IMG/VR virus record: IMGVR_UViG_3300028591_005215
Location: 160,001 to 224,000 of that record
DNA length: 64,000 nt
Reading direction: 5' to 3' (one strand)
From: a virus
Taxonomy: Duplodnaviria > Caudoviricetes
This document shows, piece after piece, positions 28,110-38,410 of this stretch; position 1 is the stretch's first letter, and every line of letters starts with the position of its first letter. The position numbers were made by a program, and so were the translations under genes. The notes below the pieces were generated by a model. That model worked only from the letters and a program-made list of their open reading frames with translations, was not told the DNA's origin and ran no database searches.

Positions 28110-31100
28110 ATGGCAGAAGAATACAAAGATAACGAAGAATTAACAACCATTGGTAAAAGAATTAGATATATAGAGCCAAACTATGCAAATTCTATACCAA
28201 TGCAAGGACCAAGGGGGCTGCATAGCTATGAGTTTGAAAATCCTCTTGAAGACTACTGTATTTTTGTTAACTTAAAGGTTGAAGTTAAAGGTAGGGCGAT
28301 TAGAAGTGACTATGTTACTGATAATAAAACCTATTCTTTAAATTATTATAGTGAGCAAGGAAAAGAATCTGTTAGCTTTTTGGAAGGGTCTAAGTATAGT
28401 GGTAAAAGTAATGCAGTAAATGGTAAAGATGTATACTCATTAACAACGAATTATACTAATAGGCTTTATATAAATGATTTGATAAAACGTGATAATAATG
28501 GGGTTGTAAATGAAACAAATGCATCAACCGAAATGTTTGGTATCAATTCAATAGACATACAGTATAATAATTGGATGGTTCCAGAAGTAACTATAAAATT
28601 TACTGATGTCAGGGGTGCATCCTTATTTGCTGTTGAAGAGGCAAGACACCATTTAACAGGTAACAATGATGTTAATGGCTCTATAGACCCTACAGTTGAA
28701 GGTTCGTTTTTTAAATGCTTTTTTACTTTTCCTTATCCTAAATTTACACTATGTGTTAAAGGGTTTTATGGGCAACCTGTTGCCTATGATTTAACATGTT
28801 CTGATTTTAGGGCAAGTTTTAACTCTGAAACTGGTAATTTTGAAGCGACTGCTAAATTTATTGGGTATGCTTTTTCATTTTTAGGTGACGTAATGATGAA
28901 TGCTTTGATGGCAGCGCCTTTCTCCGACTATTTAGGAAAAGATTATTGGGATTCAAAAATTGCAAGTAATGATTTCACAGTTAAAGATGTTAACGGACAG
29001 GATGTCCCAATGATGACATTAGGGGAAATCATAGCAAATGTAGGTTCTGCAATGGAAGAAGCAAGCGGAATGGTTCAGTCAAGTCCAGAAGTACAAGAAT
29101 CTAAAAATCTTGAAAACCAAAATAATCAAATAACAGGGCTAACACAAGCATACCAAACATTTTTGTCAACTTTAAATAGTACAATTGACAAAGCAGTGGG
29201 CGAACATAAAATAGAAAGCGGTGGGTTTAAATTTACAATTAGAGATAAAAATGGTTTATTAGCTTTTATCCCTAATTGCGAAGGTGATGTATTCACTGAT
29301 AAAATTTCACATTGGTATACTGGATGGAGTGAAAACGATGCTATCAAAGACGCATATGAAAGCTTAGCTAGTGCAGCTTCAGGTACATCTTTTGAAGCTT
29401 CAGTTAAAAAATTAGACCCTACTGAAATAAAGCCTATAGCGATTTATACTGGGGCTAAAGGGAATGACTCTTTAGCATATGGCGACAAATTAAATGGGTG
29501 TGAAGGTTTAAAAAATGGCGTCAAATTAAATCAAGAAGTATCTAAAAAATTAACAGTAAATGGTGTAACATTAATTAATAGAGAAGATTTACATTATGCT
29601 TACCTTTTTGTTGATAATAATTTGGATGGTGTCCTAAAAGACGTAAAAGAAGGCATAGATGCTAGCATACAAGAAAATCAAGAAGCTATAAGTGAAGTTG
29701 CAAATAAAGCCATTTCTGAAGCTTTAGGGTTTGCACCAACCATTGAAGCGATGACAAGAATAATAATGGCACATTTTGAAACATTAATGTATATGCTAAC
29801 AAATTGTGCAAGAGATATTGTATCACAAAAAAGAACATTAGGGAGTCTTGGTATAAGTAGAAATCAGTTGGCAGATATTGGAAGAAATGTTTCTGAAACA
29901 GATTTAATTGTCCCACCTTTTCCTAAAGTAACTAAAAACTATTCTGACAATGGCGTTGATAAACAGGAAGAATCTTGGGTAGGTGAATATAGTGGTCAAT
30001 GGACTGAAAAGGACATTGTAAATGGCTTGCTAAATGGCGTGAACGAAATGGCAAAAATTATTTCTGAAGCTAAAAGCAATGACGGTGAAGGTGGTGGCTC
30101 TACAAGGGCAGTTATGAAATTCCCATTAAACCCTCTTGATTTAATTCTTGATAAAAAGCCTTATGGTAGCATAAACTTTAGTGATAGAAGTAGTTTCGCT
30201 GGACATGTTATAGTAAGAATGGCTGAAATCCTTGGACTTGCTGATAGAAAGTTTATTGATGCAGTTGGTGCTGAAAATTTGGGTTATGTTGAAGCTCAGA
30301 ATTTCATTGAATACTTCAAAAATCCACCAAAAGAATTTATAACATGGATTAACAATGCCAATATAGTAACTACAATTGAAAAAATTGGACAATGTGATGA
30401 ATCAGCAACGCCTGTAAGTCAGTACGGTAAAAACAATAAATATGCTTGGGAAAGTAGAAAAACAGGTCCTGATTATAGGAATCATTTAATTAGCTCTTCT
30501 TGGTATTTGACAGAATTCCATAGTAAAAGTGAAACATTTGTACCAATACAAAACACTTCATTTGATAAGATTTCTAATGACTTGGGAACGCCTGTTAATG
30601 GTATTTATACAAAATTAAATAACGCACAAGATTATATTACTACAAAACCAGTGTCTACTGGAGGTGGAAATTCCACAAGTGGCAAGTTAATATGTATAGA
30701 GCCAAATGTTAATAGGTTTTCAACTATAATTAATAACCAATGTACTGATGAAAAATTGTCTAAGTTAAAAGAAATTATGCTTGAAGAAGCATTATTTAAC
30801 TTAGATGGTTATAAAGATTTTTATAGAGAAGATAAATATGTTATAGCAAGCTCTGATGGGAGCGTAAATGAAGAAGATTCAGAAGAAGGTGGAAATGCAA
30901 CACCGAAAGAATTAGTAGCTGAAACTGACGTTGATGATTATTATGAAAAATTCACAAAAAGTGATGTATTTGATAGTGGTGAGGTAAATGCAGATAATTA
31001 TAGGGTTTTATTATTGCCTGGCATTTCCGATGGAAGACATACTGATAAAGTGTCTGTTTTTGGACAAAAAGCTTATTACGATAGGGATATATATGGTAGA

Positions 31101-34100
31101 GCATTTAGTTTTTTAGCTTCCCTCGGTGAATATGTTAAATATGATGAAGTATTTGATAGAATTCAAGACAAGGATAATAGGTTTATCAACGTACCTTATT
31201 GTTCGTTACTAATTATAGGAGCATTATGTAATAACTTTAAAGACCCTTTGGCTGAAAATGTTAATTTTGACATTAATAAATTAAGAAATGATGTAAGAAA
31301 TGATTTAATTTCATTTTTTAGAAAATGGGCTGAAACTGATTTTCAAAAAATAGATTCATATTTGTCTATTAGTGGCGAATTTTATAATTACTTAAGAATT
31401 AATAATAAAGAATTTAACAAAAAATTTATTAACGACAATTCTAATAATTATGGTGCAGCAGAAAATAATAGCAATGGCGTTAAACTATCGTTAAATCCTA
31501 ATTCACATTGCGCTTTAATGATTTCACGTTTAGTGTTAAAACCATATACATTTGTTAAAACATCCCATTATTATGACACTGTAGGTGAATTAGTGAAAAT
31601 AGGCGAAAATGGTGAAGCTAAAGCTTTCTTAAATGGTTTTATTTCTGCATTAAAAGAAAATTATGGTGCAACTGAAGAAGGTACTAATGCTGCTGTTGTG
31701 TCACAAGCCAAAGATTGTGATACAGACCCTGATATTAAATTAGCATTATATCGTTATTTAAAACTTTTGTATGATAAATGGGTTTCTGGCTCCAATTTCG
31801 AAAATGAATTTACAATGAAGAAATTTTTTGGTGAAAACCCTGAAAGTACAAACCAAGATGATAGATATTTTTATTTCATAGATGCCTATTATAATAGAAT
31901 CGGTAATTTAATATTAGTTAATATTGGTGATGTTGTAAATGAATTAATAAACTGTCAAAATCAAGCTGAAAATGGCTATACATTACTTTCTTTTTTAAGT
32001 AGTATGTATTCAGCAAATAAGTGTAATTTTTTGTGTGTCCAAAACTTTATGGATTTATCCAATGAAGACAATATGCGAAAAATGTTCAAACCAGTTTCTA
32101 TGCTTGATATGGATATGCCTGACGTTACACCTAATTTTATAGTAATGTATGCCTATGAAAAATCTTCACATTTGGACATTCAAGGTAGCGGTGGTGATTA
32201 TGATTACCCTGACGATTCATTTAGTATAAAGGCAAAGAAAACAGGCACAGGAGCTGAAGCTGATAAGTGGCCAATGCCTTTAAATTCAGGTGAAGATTGC
32301 GGATATTATATACCTGCATTTGGCGTGTCTTATGGAAAGCAGTATCAAAGTTATTTCCAAAATGTTTCTGTTTCTATGGATAGCCCTATGGTTACTGAGC
32401 AATCTATTAAAGCACAGTTTCAAATAGCTTCACAAAACAATGAATCAGCAAAAAATACTGAAGGAACAGCAACCCGTTCAATGGTGACAATGGGTCAAGA
32501 TTTGTTTACAATCTATTCAAATAACTCTTATACCTGTGAACTTGATATGATGGGTGATGCGTGGGTTCAGCCATTGATGTATTTTGAATTGCTTAATGTG
32601 CCTATGTTTAGGGGAACATATTTAGTGGAAAAAGTTACGCACCATATTGAAGCAGGGCAGATGAAAACACATGTTGTTGGCGTTAGAATGGCTAACACTA
32701 CAACTAAGATTAAAAAAGGATGGTATTGGTTGTCAAACCCAACACAAGATGGTGAAATAAGTGAAGAAGATATGGAGCATCAATTGGCAGATGTATCAAA
32801 TGATTGTGATTATGAATTTTTTCCACTTGGTGGTACTGCATCAATAAATGGTATGCATATTTCAGTAAATGGTGTTTCTGCTATGGTTCACAACGAAGCT
32901 GGAGGTGTAGGTTGGATTAAAAATGGTGGTACTGCTAAAATACTTAATGGTGAAAATATACCTACTATTGGGCCAGGCTTAACATCTAATGTTTGGCCAG
33001 GACTTAGAGAAGGGCAGAAAAAAACAGGTAAAGATATTTTATCACATTATGTTGATGCATTGAAAAATGAAGACAAAGTTGTTAGTGGGATTATAAAAGG
33101 TAAAAAATTGTCACAAGGTGCAATAGATTCCATGTTCCATGCAGTTCATTGGGGTGCTGCGCAAAAATATATTGCAAATTGCACCACATCTGAACAAGTA
33201 GCTAATGCGTGGTTTACTATGCCATTTAATAAATGGAAAAATGCAGAAAGATATGGAAGTGGATGGGCTAAATTATGCGCTGTATGGGGTACAATTGCGT
33301 CAGGGCAAAAGAAGATAACACACACAACGATATCTGGCTTTAATGTATCTGATTTAAAAGGTGCTCAATTTATTGTTGACAAATATTATAACCCACCTGT
33401 TGAATTGGTAAATGCACTGAGCACTACTCCTAAAGCTGTTAATGATAAAACTACTGATAAAAACGGTAAAAATAAAGGTATATGGGATGATTATATATAT
33501 TCTGTTCAGCAGACTGCAATAAATACGCCATCTTGCGGTCTAAACATTCAGACTAAAAAAGAAACACCAAATTCAGGTAGTATTATTTTACAAAATGGTA
33601 CAGGTGGTAGGGACAAATTAGCTGTAGTGTTCGATATTATACTAAGCACTTATTATTCTAACATTCAAGAATTATGGTGGGTAGCAGCAAATGAACATGA
33701 TAATGGTGGACCAATGAGAATTGACCTTGTTCTTGCTAAAAAACCTAATGGAAATTCCATAAAAGTTGGTATGAAAATTAATGGAAGCAACACCCATTTT
33801 AATGGTGTTAATAAAAATACTAATGAAAAATATAGGCGTTCTATAGTTAAATTTTATTCCAAAAATAGTAGGTATAACCCAAAAAATCCTGATAAATGCG
33901 TCTATGGCCGTGTTGTGAAATCAAAGATACCTGTTGAAGATTGGGAAAATCTAAAGCCAACTGCTTGCTCAGACTTGTTAGCAGGTGGTGGTACTGGTGG
34001 CGTTCTTGATGCCAATAAAAGAATTGGTAATTGGGATGTTGGTAAATCTTGCGTTTACGCTAATACACACGCAAGAAACACCCATAACGGCTATCATAAA

Positions 34101-34463
34101 GGACAGTGTGCTTATGCAGTAGAAGTTGCCATTAGCGAAGGTGGGGTATCAAAAATTAAAATTGGTGGTAACGGTCACGCAGATAATTTACATTATGATG
34201 GAATTTTGGAGCAAAAAGGATGGGTAATAGTAGGACAAGGTCATAGTATGTCAGACGTATTACCTCAATTACAAGAAGGTGATACTTGTGTAAGTAATGC
34301 ATTTGACGGTAGAAGCCCTTCTAATGCAAAACATGGCTTCCATTTTTGCATATACACAGGCACTGAATGGGTTTCTGATTATCATCAAGGTTCTGCATTT
34401 AGTCCTTATGGCTCAAAAACAAAAAATTGGTGGATTTATCGTTATTCTGGAAGCGGAATGTAA
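28110..34463 (+). CDS. giant baseplate hub protein with C-terminal lysozyme-like and CHAP/NlpC-like domains
   Basis: FGINSIDI..PEVTIKFTDVRG; SYTCELDMMG..QPLMYFEL..PMFRGTYLVEKVTHHI; GH24-like region ~32850-33300; GQCAYAVEVA..HFCIYTGTEWVSDYHQ. Confidence 0.75.
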   Translation: MAEEYKDNEELTTIGKRIRYIEPNYANSIPMQGPRGLHSYEFENPLEDYCIFVNLKVEVKGRAIRSDYVTDNKTYSLNYYSEQGKESVSFLEGSKYSGKSNAVNGKDVYSLTTNYTNRLYINDLIKRDNNGVVNETNASTEMFGINSIDIQYNNWMVPEVTIKFTDVRGASLFAVEEARHHLTGNNDVNGSIDPTVEGSFFKCFFTFPYPKFTLCVKGFYGQPVAYDLTCSDFRASFNSETGNFEATAKFIGYAFSFLGDVMMNALMAAPFSDYLGKDYWDSKIASNDFTVKDVNGQDVPMMTLGEIIANVGSAMEEASGMVQSSPEVQESKNLENQNNQITGLTQAYQTFLSTLNSTIDKAVGEHKIESGGFKFTIRDKNGLLAFIPNCEGDVFTDKISHWYTGWSENDAIKDAYESLASAASGTSFEASVKKLDPTEIKPIAIYTGAKGNDSLAYGDKLNGCEGLKNGVKLNQEVSKKLTVNGVTLINREDLHYAYLFVDNNLDGVLKDVKEGIDASIQENQEAISEVANKAISEALGFAPTIEAMTRIIMAHFETLMYMLTNCARDIVSQKRTLGSLGISRNQLADIGRNVSETDLIVPPFPKVTKNYSDNGVDKQEESWVGEYSGQWTEKDIVNGLLNGVNEMAKIISEAKSNDGEGGGSTRAVMKFPLNPLDLILDKKPYGSINFSDRSSFAGHVIVRMAEILGLADRKFIDAVGAENLGYVEAQNFIEYFKNPPKEFITWINNANIVTTIEKIGQCDESATPVSQYGKNNKYAWESRKTGPDYRNHLISSSWYLTEFHSKSETFVPIQNTSFDKISNDLGTPVNGIYTKLNNAQDYITTKPVSTGGGNSTSGKLICIEPNVNRFSTIINNQCTDEKLSKLKEIMLEEALFNLDGYKDFYREDKYVIASSDGSVNEEDSEEGGNATPKELVAETDVDDYYEKFTKSDVFDSGEVNADNYRVLLLPGISDGRHTDKVSVFGQKAYYDRDIYGRAFSFLASLGEYVKYDEVFDRIQDKDNRFINVPYCSLLIIGALCNNFKDPLAENVNFDINKLRNDVRNDLISFFRKWAETDFQKIDSYLSISGEFYNYLRINNKEFNKKFINDNSNNYGAAENNSNGVKLSLNPNSHCALMISRLVLKPYTFVKTSHYYDTVGELVKIGENGEAKAFLNGFISALKENYGATEEGTNAAVVSQAKDCDTDPDIKLALYRYLKLLYDKWVSGSNFENEFTMKKFFGENPESTNQDDRYFYFIDAYYNRIGNLILVNIGDVVNELINCQNQAENGYTLLSFLSSMYSANKCNFLCVQNFMDLSNEDNMRKMFKPVSMLDMDMPDVTPNFIVMYAYEKSSHLDIQGSGGDYDYPDDSFSIKAKKTGTGAEADKWPMPLNSGEDCGYYIPAFGVSYGKQYQSYFQNVSVSMDSPMVTEQSIKAQFQIASQNNESAKNTEGTATRSMVTMGQDLFTIYSNNSYTCELDMMGDAWVQPLMYFELLNVPMFRGTYLVEKVTHHIEAGQMKTHVVGVRMANTTTKIKKGWYWLSNPTQDGEISEEDMEHQLADVSNDCDYEFFPLGGTASINGMHISVNGVSAMVHNEAGGVGWIKNGGTAKILNGENIPTIGPGLTSNVWPGLREGQKKTGKDILSHYVDALKNEDKVVSGIIKGKKLSQGAIDSMFHAVHWGAAQKYIANCTTSEQVANAWFTMPFNKWKNAERYGSGWAKLCAVWGTIASGQKKITHTTISGFNVSDLKGAQFIVDKYYNPPVELVNALSTTPKAVNDKTTDKNGKNKGIWDDYIYSVQQTAINTPSCGLNIQTKKETPNSGSIILQNGTGGRDKLAVVFDIILSTYYSNIQELWWVAANEHDNGGPMRIDLVLAKKPNGNSIKVGMKINGSNTHFNGVNKNTNEKYRRSIVKFYSKNSRYNPKNPDKCVYGRVVKSKIPVEDWENLKPTACSDLLAGGGTGGVLDANKRIGNWDVGKSCVYANTHARNTHNGYHKGQCAYAVEVAISEGGVSKIKIGGNGHADNLHYDGILEQKGWVIVGQGHSMSDVLPQLQEGDTCVSNAFDGRSPSNAKHGFHFCIYTGTEWVSDYHQGSAFSPYGSKTKNWWIYRYSGSGM

Positions 34464-34471
34464 TTTATAAT

Positions 34472-34502
34472 TTTGATTTTTAACATTTTTTTTGTATATT
34501 TG
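34472..34502 (+). promoter_or_regulatory. Bacteroidota primary-sigma promoter
   Basis: TTTG(34472)-N19-TATATTTG(34495), exact match to the -33/-7 consensus. Confidence 0.75.
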
Positions 34503-34531
34503 TTATGAACGAACATTTATTATGAATAAAA

Positions 34532-35128
34532 ATGGAAAAATTAGGGTATATCATTTCTGATAGAAAGATAAACAATATTAAAGATTTTGTCGGGTTTACT
34601 GATGACATTTCATCGGTAGATTCGACAAAACCTGTTTTAATAGTTGGTATTAAAAAAGCTAAAGAATATTGTGGTAAAAATTTTAACATATTAAAGAAAA
34701 AAATCGGACATAATATTTCTTGGACGTTTAAAAAAACAGAACGCAGAGATGATTTTGAAAATGATATTAAAATATTCTATAAAATTTGTATTTTAAATAT
34801 ATTAAATAATATTAATTATTATTATATTAATATTATTAAATTAAAATATTCTAGTATAAAAAAAATATATAATATTATATTTTCTAATGAAAAAAAATAT
34901 ATTTATATATGTAATGATATGATTTATTTACTCCATAAAGATATTATTATTGGGCTTTCATTAAGGATGCTACAGTATTGTGGTATTAAACCAAATAAAA
35001 TTATTGACAGAGTAAAATCTAATAAATCAAATAAAATTTACGAAGAAGATAACCCATTTGTAAAAATGATAAAAAGGGAAATCGTGAATAAGGAATACGT
35101 AGTACCGTATTTCATGTCAATAGAATGA
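34532..35128 (+). CDS. hypothetical protein
   Basis: 198-aa very AT-rich ORF after a host-type promoter. Confidence 0.65.
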   Translation: MEKLGYIISDRKINNIKDFVGFTDDISSVDSTKPVLIVGIKKAKEYCGKNFNILKKKIGHNISWTFKKTERRDDFENDIKIFYKICILNILNNINYYYINIIKLKYSSIKKIYNIIFSNEKKYIYICNDMIYLLHKDIIIGLSLRMLQYCGIKPNKIIDRVKSNKSNKIYEEDNPFVKMIKREIVNKEYVVPYFMSIE

Positions 35129-35132
35129 AAAT

Positions 35133-35540
35133 ATGCGAGAAAAAAACATTTTGATAGGTGTTTTTGTGAAAAGAGATAGAATCCTATCATTTATGGAATT
35201 TTTAAAAAACGAATTTAATATTAAATACAAAAAAATCTATGTGCATAAGATAAAAGGAAACGAAATAGAATATTTAGCAACGTTTCCAACGTTTAATAGA
35301 AATTATTTAAAAAAAATAAATAATTCAATTTTATTACACGTAAAAAATGGTTGTTTATTTTCTATTAACGCTTTAAATAAATTAATAGAAAGTAATTCTT
35401 CAAACAAAGATATAGACAATAAAAATATTATAATTGATTGGAACAAATATAAAAACAATCTTATAATTTTAAGCAATAATGTTCTAAACATCAAGAATTT
35501 AAGTAAAATAGAAGATAAAACTTCTTTTTTTATTGATTAA
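35133..35540 (+). CDS. hypothetical protein
   Basis: 135-aa ORF, LFSINALNKLI..IDWNKYKN. Confidence 0.65.
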   Translation: MREKNILIGVFVKRDRILSFMEFLKNEFNIKYKKIYVHKIKGNEIEYLATFPTFNRNYLKKINNSILLHVKNGCLFSINALNKLIESNSSNKDIDNKNIIIDWNKYKNNLIILSNNVLNIKNLSKIEDKTSFFID

Positions 35541-35566
35541 GATATTTATATATAAATTAAAATACA

Positions 35567-35920
35567 ATGGCATTTATTACTAAGCATTCACAAGATAAAA
35601 CACCTCAAAAAATTGAAATAGAAGAGTGTAAAAAAACAGTAGAAGCTGTTGAAGAAGAAGTGTTAGGCGCAGCCATTACTATTAATGATAATAAAAAGAC
35701 TGTAGCTGACGAAAGAAAAAATGCAAAGAAAAAGAAAAATAATGTAAGCGAAAACAAGTCAAATATGAATACATCAGAAAAAATAGCAATGGCGCAAAGC
35801 ATTCTCGGAAATAAAGAAAATAACTTTAAAGTTTTAAAATCAGATAAAGGTCTTATTGAAAGAACTGAAAGTTCAAAAACAATTTTAACAGAAGATAATA
35901 AAGAATTATTGATTGACTAA
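35567..35920 (+). CDS. hypothetical protein
   Basis: 117-aa ORF preceded by TATTTAT at 35543. Confidence 0.7.
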   Translation: MAFITKHSQDKTPQKIEIEECKKTVEAVEEEVLGAAITINDNKKTVADERKNAKKKKNNVSENKSNMNTSEKIAMAQSILGNKENNFKVLKSDKGLIERTESSKTILTEDNKELLID

Positions 35921-35925
35921 TAGAT

Positions 35926-36759
35926 ATGGCTGAAACTAATGTAAAGTTTTTAAAAGAAAACAATTTATATGATGCCCATAAACAGTTTATGAGAATGGTC
36001 GAAGGCTATGGTATCTATAAGCCAATCGAAGAAGATGGTGATGATGAAGATGCCAATGGTGGTGCTGACCCTATGGGTGGTGGTACTGATAATGGCACTA
36101 ATCCTATGGGTGGAGATGATACTATGGGAGTACAAGACCCTATGGGTGGTGCTCCTGATGGTAACGCTACCCCTATGGGTGGTGGTCCTGATAATGGCAC
36201 TGACCCTATGGGTGGAGAGCCTGACCCTTCTTCAATGGATATGGGTTCTGGTCCTATGGATAGTATGCCTGAGCCTTCACCAATGGATATGGACAGTGGA
36301 GAAGGTGATGATGAAGATGTAATTGATGTTGATGACCTCACAAAAGCCCAAGAGAAAACTAATGATAAAGTTAATAGTGTCGGTCGTGACTTAGGAACAG
36401 TTGATAAGCGTATTGAAAAGCTATTAGGCGCTCTTGAAAGTATGCAAAGTACTATTGATAAGAATAACGCACAAATAGAAGACTTGAAAAATGAGTTCCA
36501 AAAACGTAATCCAACACAAACTGAAAAATTAAATCTTCGTTCTTTAGATTCATATCCGTTTAATATAAGGCCAACTGATTATTGGGCAGAAAAGAACGCT
36601 AATAGTAATTATGATGCTTATTCTGATAATAACAAACCAACAACTCAAGAGTATACAATAACAAATGATGATGTTGATTATGTTAATGATGATATTGCTA
36701 AAACATTTAGTATACCAGATGACGATATTCAGGACTTTAATAAAATATTTAACATGTAG
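35926..36759 (+). CDS. acidic low-complexity / coiled-coil protein (possibly head-associated)
   Basis: DPMGG repeats, D/E tracts, coiled segment IEKLLGALESMQSTIDKNNAQIEDLKNE. Confidence 0.7.
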   Translation: MAETNVKFLKENNLYDAHKQFMRMVEGYGIYKPIEEDGDDEDANGGADPMGGGTDNGTNPMGGDDTMGVQDPMGGAPDGNATPMGGGPDNGTDPMGGEPDPSSMDMGSGPMDSMPEPSPMDMDSGEGDDEDVIDVDDLTKAQEKTNDKVNSVGRDLGTVDKRIEKLLGALESMQSTIDKNNAQIEDLKNEFQKRNPTQTEKLNLRSLDSYPFNIRPTDYWAEKNANSNYDAYSDNNKPTTQEYTITNDDVDYVNDDIAKTFSIPDDDIQDFNKIFNM

Positions 36760-36761
36760 CT

Positions 36762-37142
36762 ATGAGTAAGGTTGTTAAACTATCTGAAGAGAAATACAAA
36801 CGTTTAATAGAAAATGATGAATATATAACATATGATGACGATTATTCTTTTGATGAATTTGCAGGACAAGATGAATTTGAAGAATTTATAGCATCATATG
36901 CTCGTCAAAAAGGTATAGATTGTGAGAATGAGGATGGCTTTTTAGTTATTTGCATTGGTGAATATGCAGATGGCAAAGCATATATAGACTATGACAATGA
37001 TTCTAATTCAGCAAATATTTTTAAAGTTGAATTTCAATGCAATTCTATGGAAGAAAATAAAGATGCTATAGAACAAGTTCAAGAACTATTTGCTACCATT
37101 GAAGAGTATAATAATACTCACGGATATGAAGAAATTAAATAA
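36762..37142 (+). CDS. hypothetical acidic protein with tag-like N-terminus
   Basis: starts MSKVVKLSEEKYKRLIENDE. Confidence 0.65.
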   Translation: MSKVVKLSEEKYKRLIENDEYITYDDDYSFDEFAGQDEFEEFIASYARQKGIDCENEDGFLVICIGEYADGKAYIDYDNDSNSANIFKVEFQCNSMEENKDAIEQVQELFATIEEYNNTHGYEEIK

Positions 37143-37272
37143 GTCTATTATTGTTTGAGTATTAAAAAAGTAGCTATATAGAAATTAGACCCAAATAAGT
37201 GAGAAATATAGGTAGAAACAGTTACATTTTTGCTTATGCTGAAATATATTATTAATAATAAACTCTAAAAAT

Positions 37273-38142
37273 ATGGTTGCAGAATATATTATTAGACAAA
37301 TTCTACAGCGATATAAAATGTTGTGTACCAAATATCCGCAGTCGCCATCGTTCATACAAAATACTAAAGGTGACTCTTTTTATTTGATAAGTAATAGAGG
37401 TGAAGGTTTTCAGCCCACACAAATCAGACTATCAAATCATGGCACATATTTAGAGACATGGTGTGATAGAAACGAATTGGGCAATAGTGTAGAAAGGTTG
37501 AACCCTGCTCTCTGTACCAATATCTCTATCGTCTTTGTTGATGAAGGTGAAGATTTGACGAAAGATTGTAAAGGGATGCCAAATTGCGAAGGTTGTGAAA
37601 TAGAGCCATGTAAGCCACAAACGTTTGAGGGACAAGACCAAATAGGTAGACCATTCACCGTGATTCAATATGTATACAGTAGTAAATGTATCAGAAGAAA
37701 ATACATAAACGGCCTAACGAAAGCAATTGCGGAAGCGAGTACAAAAGGAAAATACATAGACCCACTTGCAGACCTTTATAGAGCTGCAAAAGAGAAAGAA
37801 TTTCACTCATCAACGAAATTACAAAATAACAAAGGGCTAAAGCCTGAAAATAGACAATATAAAAGAAATACAAATATGAGTAAAAAACTTATAAGATTAA
37901 CAGAATCAGACCTTCATAAGATTGTGAAAGAGTCCGTGAATAGAGTGATGAAAGAAGGAGTTGAATTTAGTAGTGAAGACCCTCAAGAAGAATGGATGCA
38001 TTATCAAAACAAATTACAACAAGAATTTGATGAACTTGGGTTAATGGTTCTGAACAAAATACCTAGAAACGACCCTGATAGACAAATAATTCAAAGGTAT
38101 ATTAGGATGATTCAAACACATTTACATACTTTAGAAAATTAA
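37273..38142 (+). CDS. hypothetical protein with internal RLTESDLH tag (possible second start at 37876)
   Basis: IRLSNH and Cys-rich N-domain; MSKKLIRLTESDLHKIVKESVNRVMKE from aa 202. Confidence 0.7.
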   Translation: MVAEYIIRQILQRYKMLCTKYPQSPSFIQNTKGDSFYLISNRGEGFQPTQIRLSNHGTYLETWCDRNELGNSVERLNPALCTNISIVFVDEGEDLTKDCKGMPNCEGCEIEPCKPQTFEGQDQIGRPFTVIQYVYSSKCIRRKYINGLTKAIAEASTKGKYIDPLADLYRAAKEKEFHSSTKLQNNKGLKPENRQYKRNTNMSKKLIRLTESDLHKIVKESVNRVMKEGVEFSSEDPQEEWMHYQNKLQQEFDELGLMVLNKIPRNDPDRQIIQRYIRMIQTHLHTLEN

Positions 38143-38326
38143 GCAGCCACAAGCCCAACCTTAATCTCAGACCACTTACAAACGAGTTAAATGGATTTTT
38201 CAAACATATTGGTAAATCTCTCTAATTCGCTCATTTTCTTGTATTCAAACGGCATACAGCATAGTCAATGTATGACTGAAGGTTCTCATCACTTACATCG
38301 TGATAGTAACTGCTAATCATACATGC

Positions 38327-38376
38327 AATTCCTCATTAATTATAAGAATTAAAATATTTATAATTAATGAGGAATT
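38327..38376. repeat. perfect 19-bp inverted repeat (terminator or cruciform) upstream of ssb
   Basis: AATTCCTCATTAATTATAA-N12-TTATAATTAATGAGGAATT followed by a T-tract. Confidence 0.8.
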
Positions 38377-38379
38377 TTT

Positions 38380-38410
38380 TTTGCTTTTAACAAAATTTAA
38401 TATATATTTG
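38380..38410 (+). promoter_or_regulatory. Bacteroidota primary-sigma promoter of the ssb-tdk-recA run
   Basis: TTTG(38380)-N19-TATATTTG(38403). Confidence 0.75.

Noticed and set aside
38187-38255. 22-aa minus-strand ORF MPFEYKKMSELERFTNMFEKSI
   Set aside because: Too short, with no promoter or motif support
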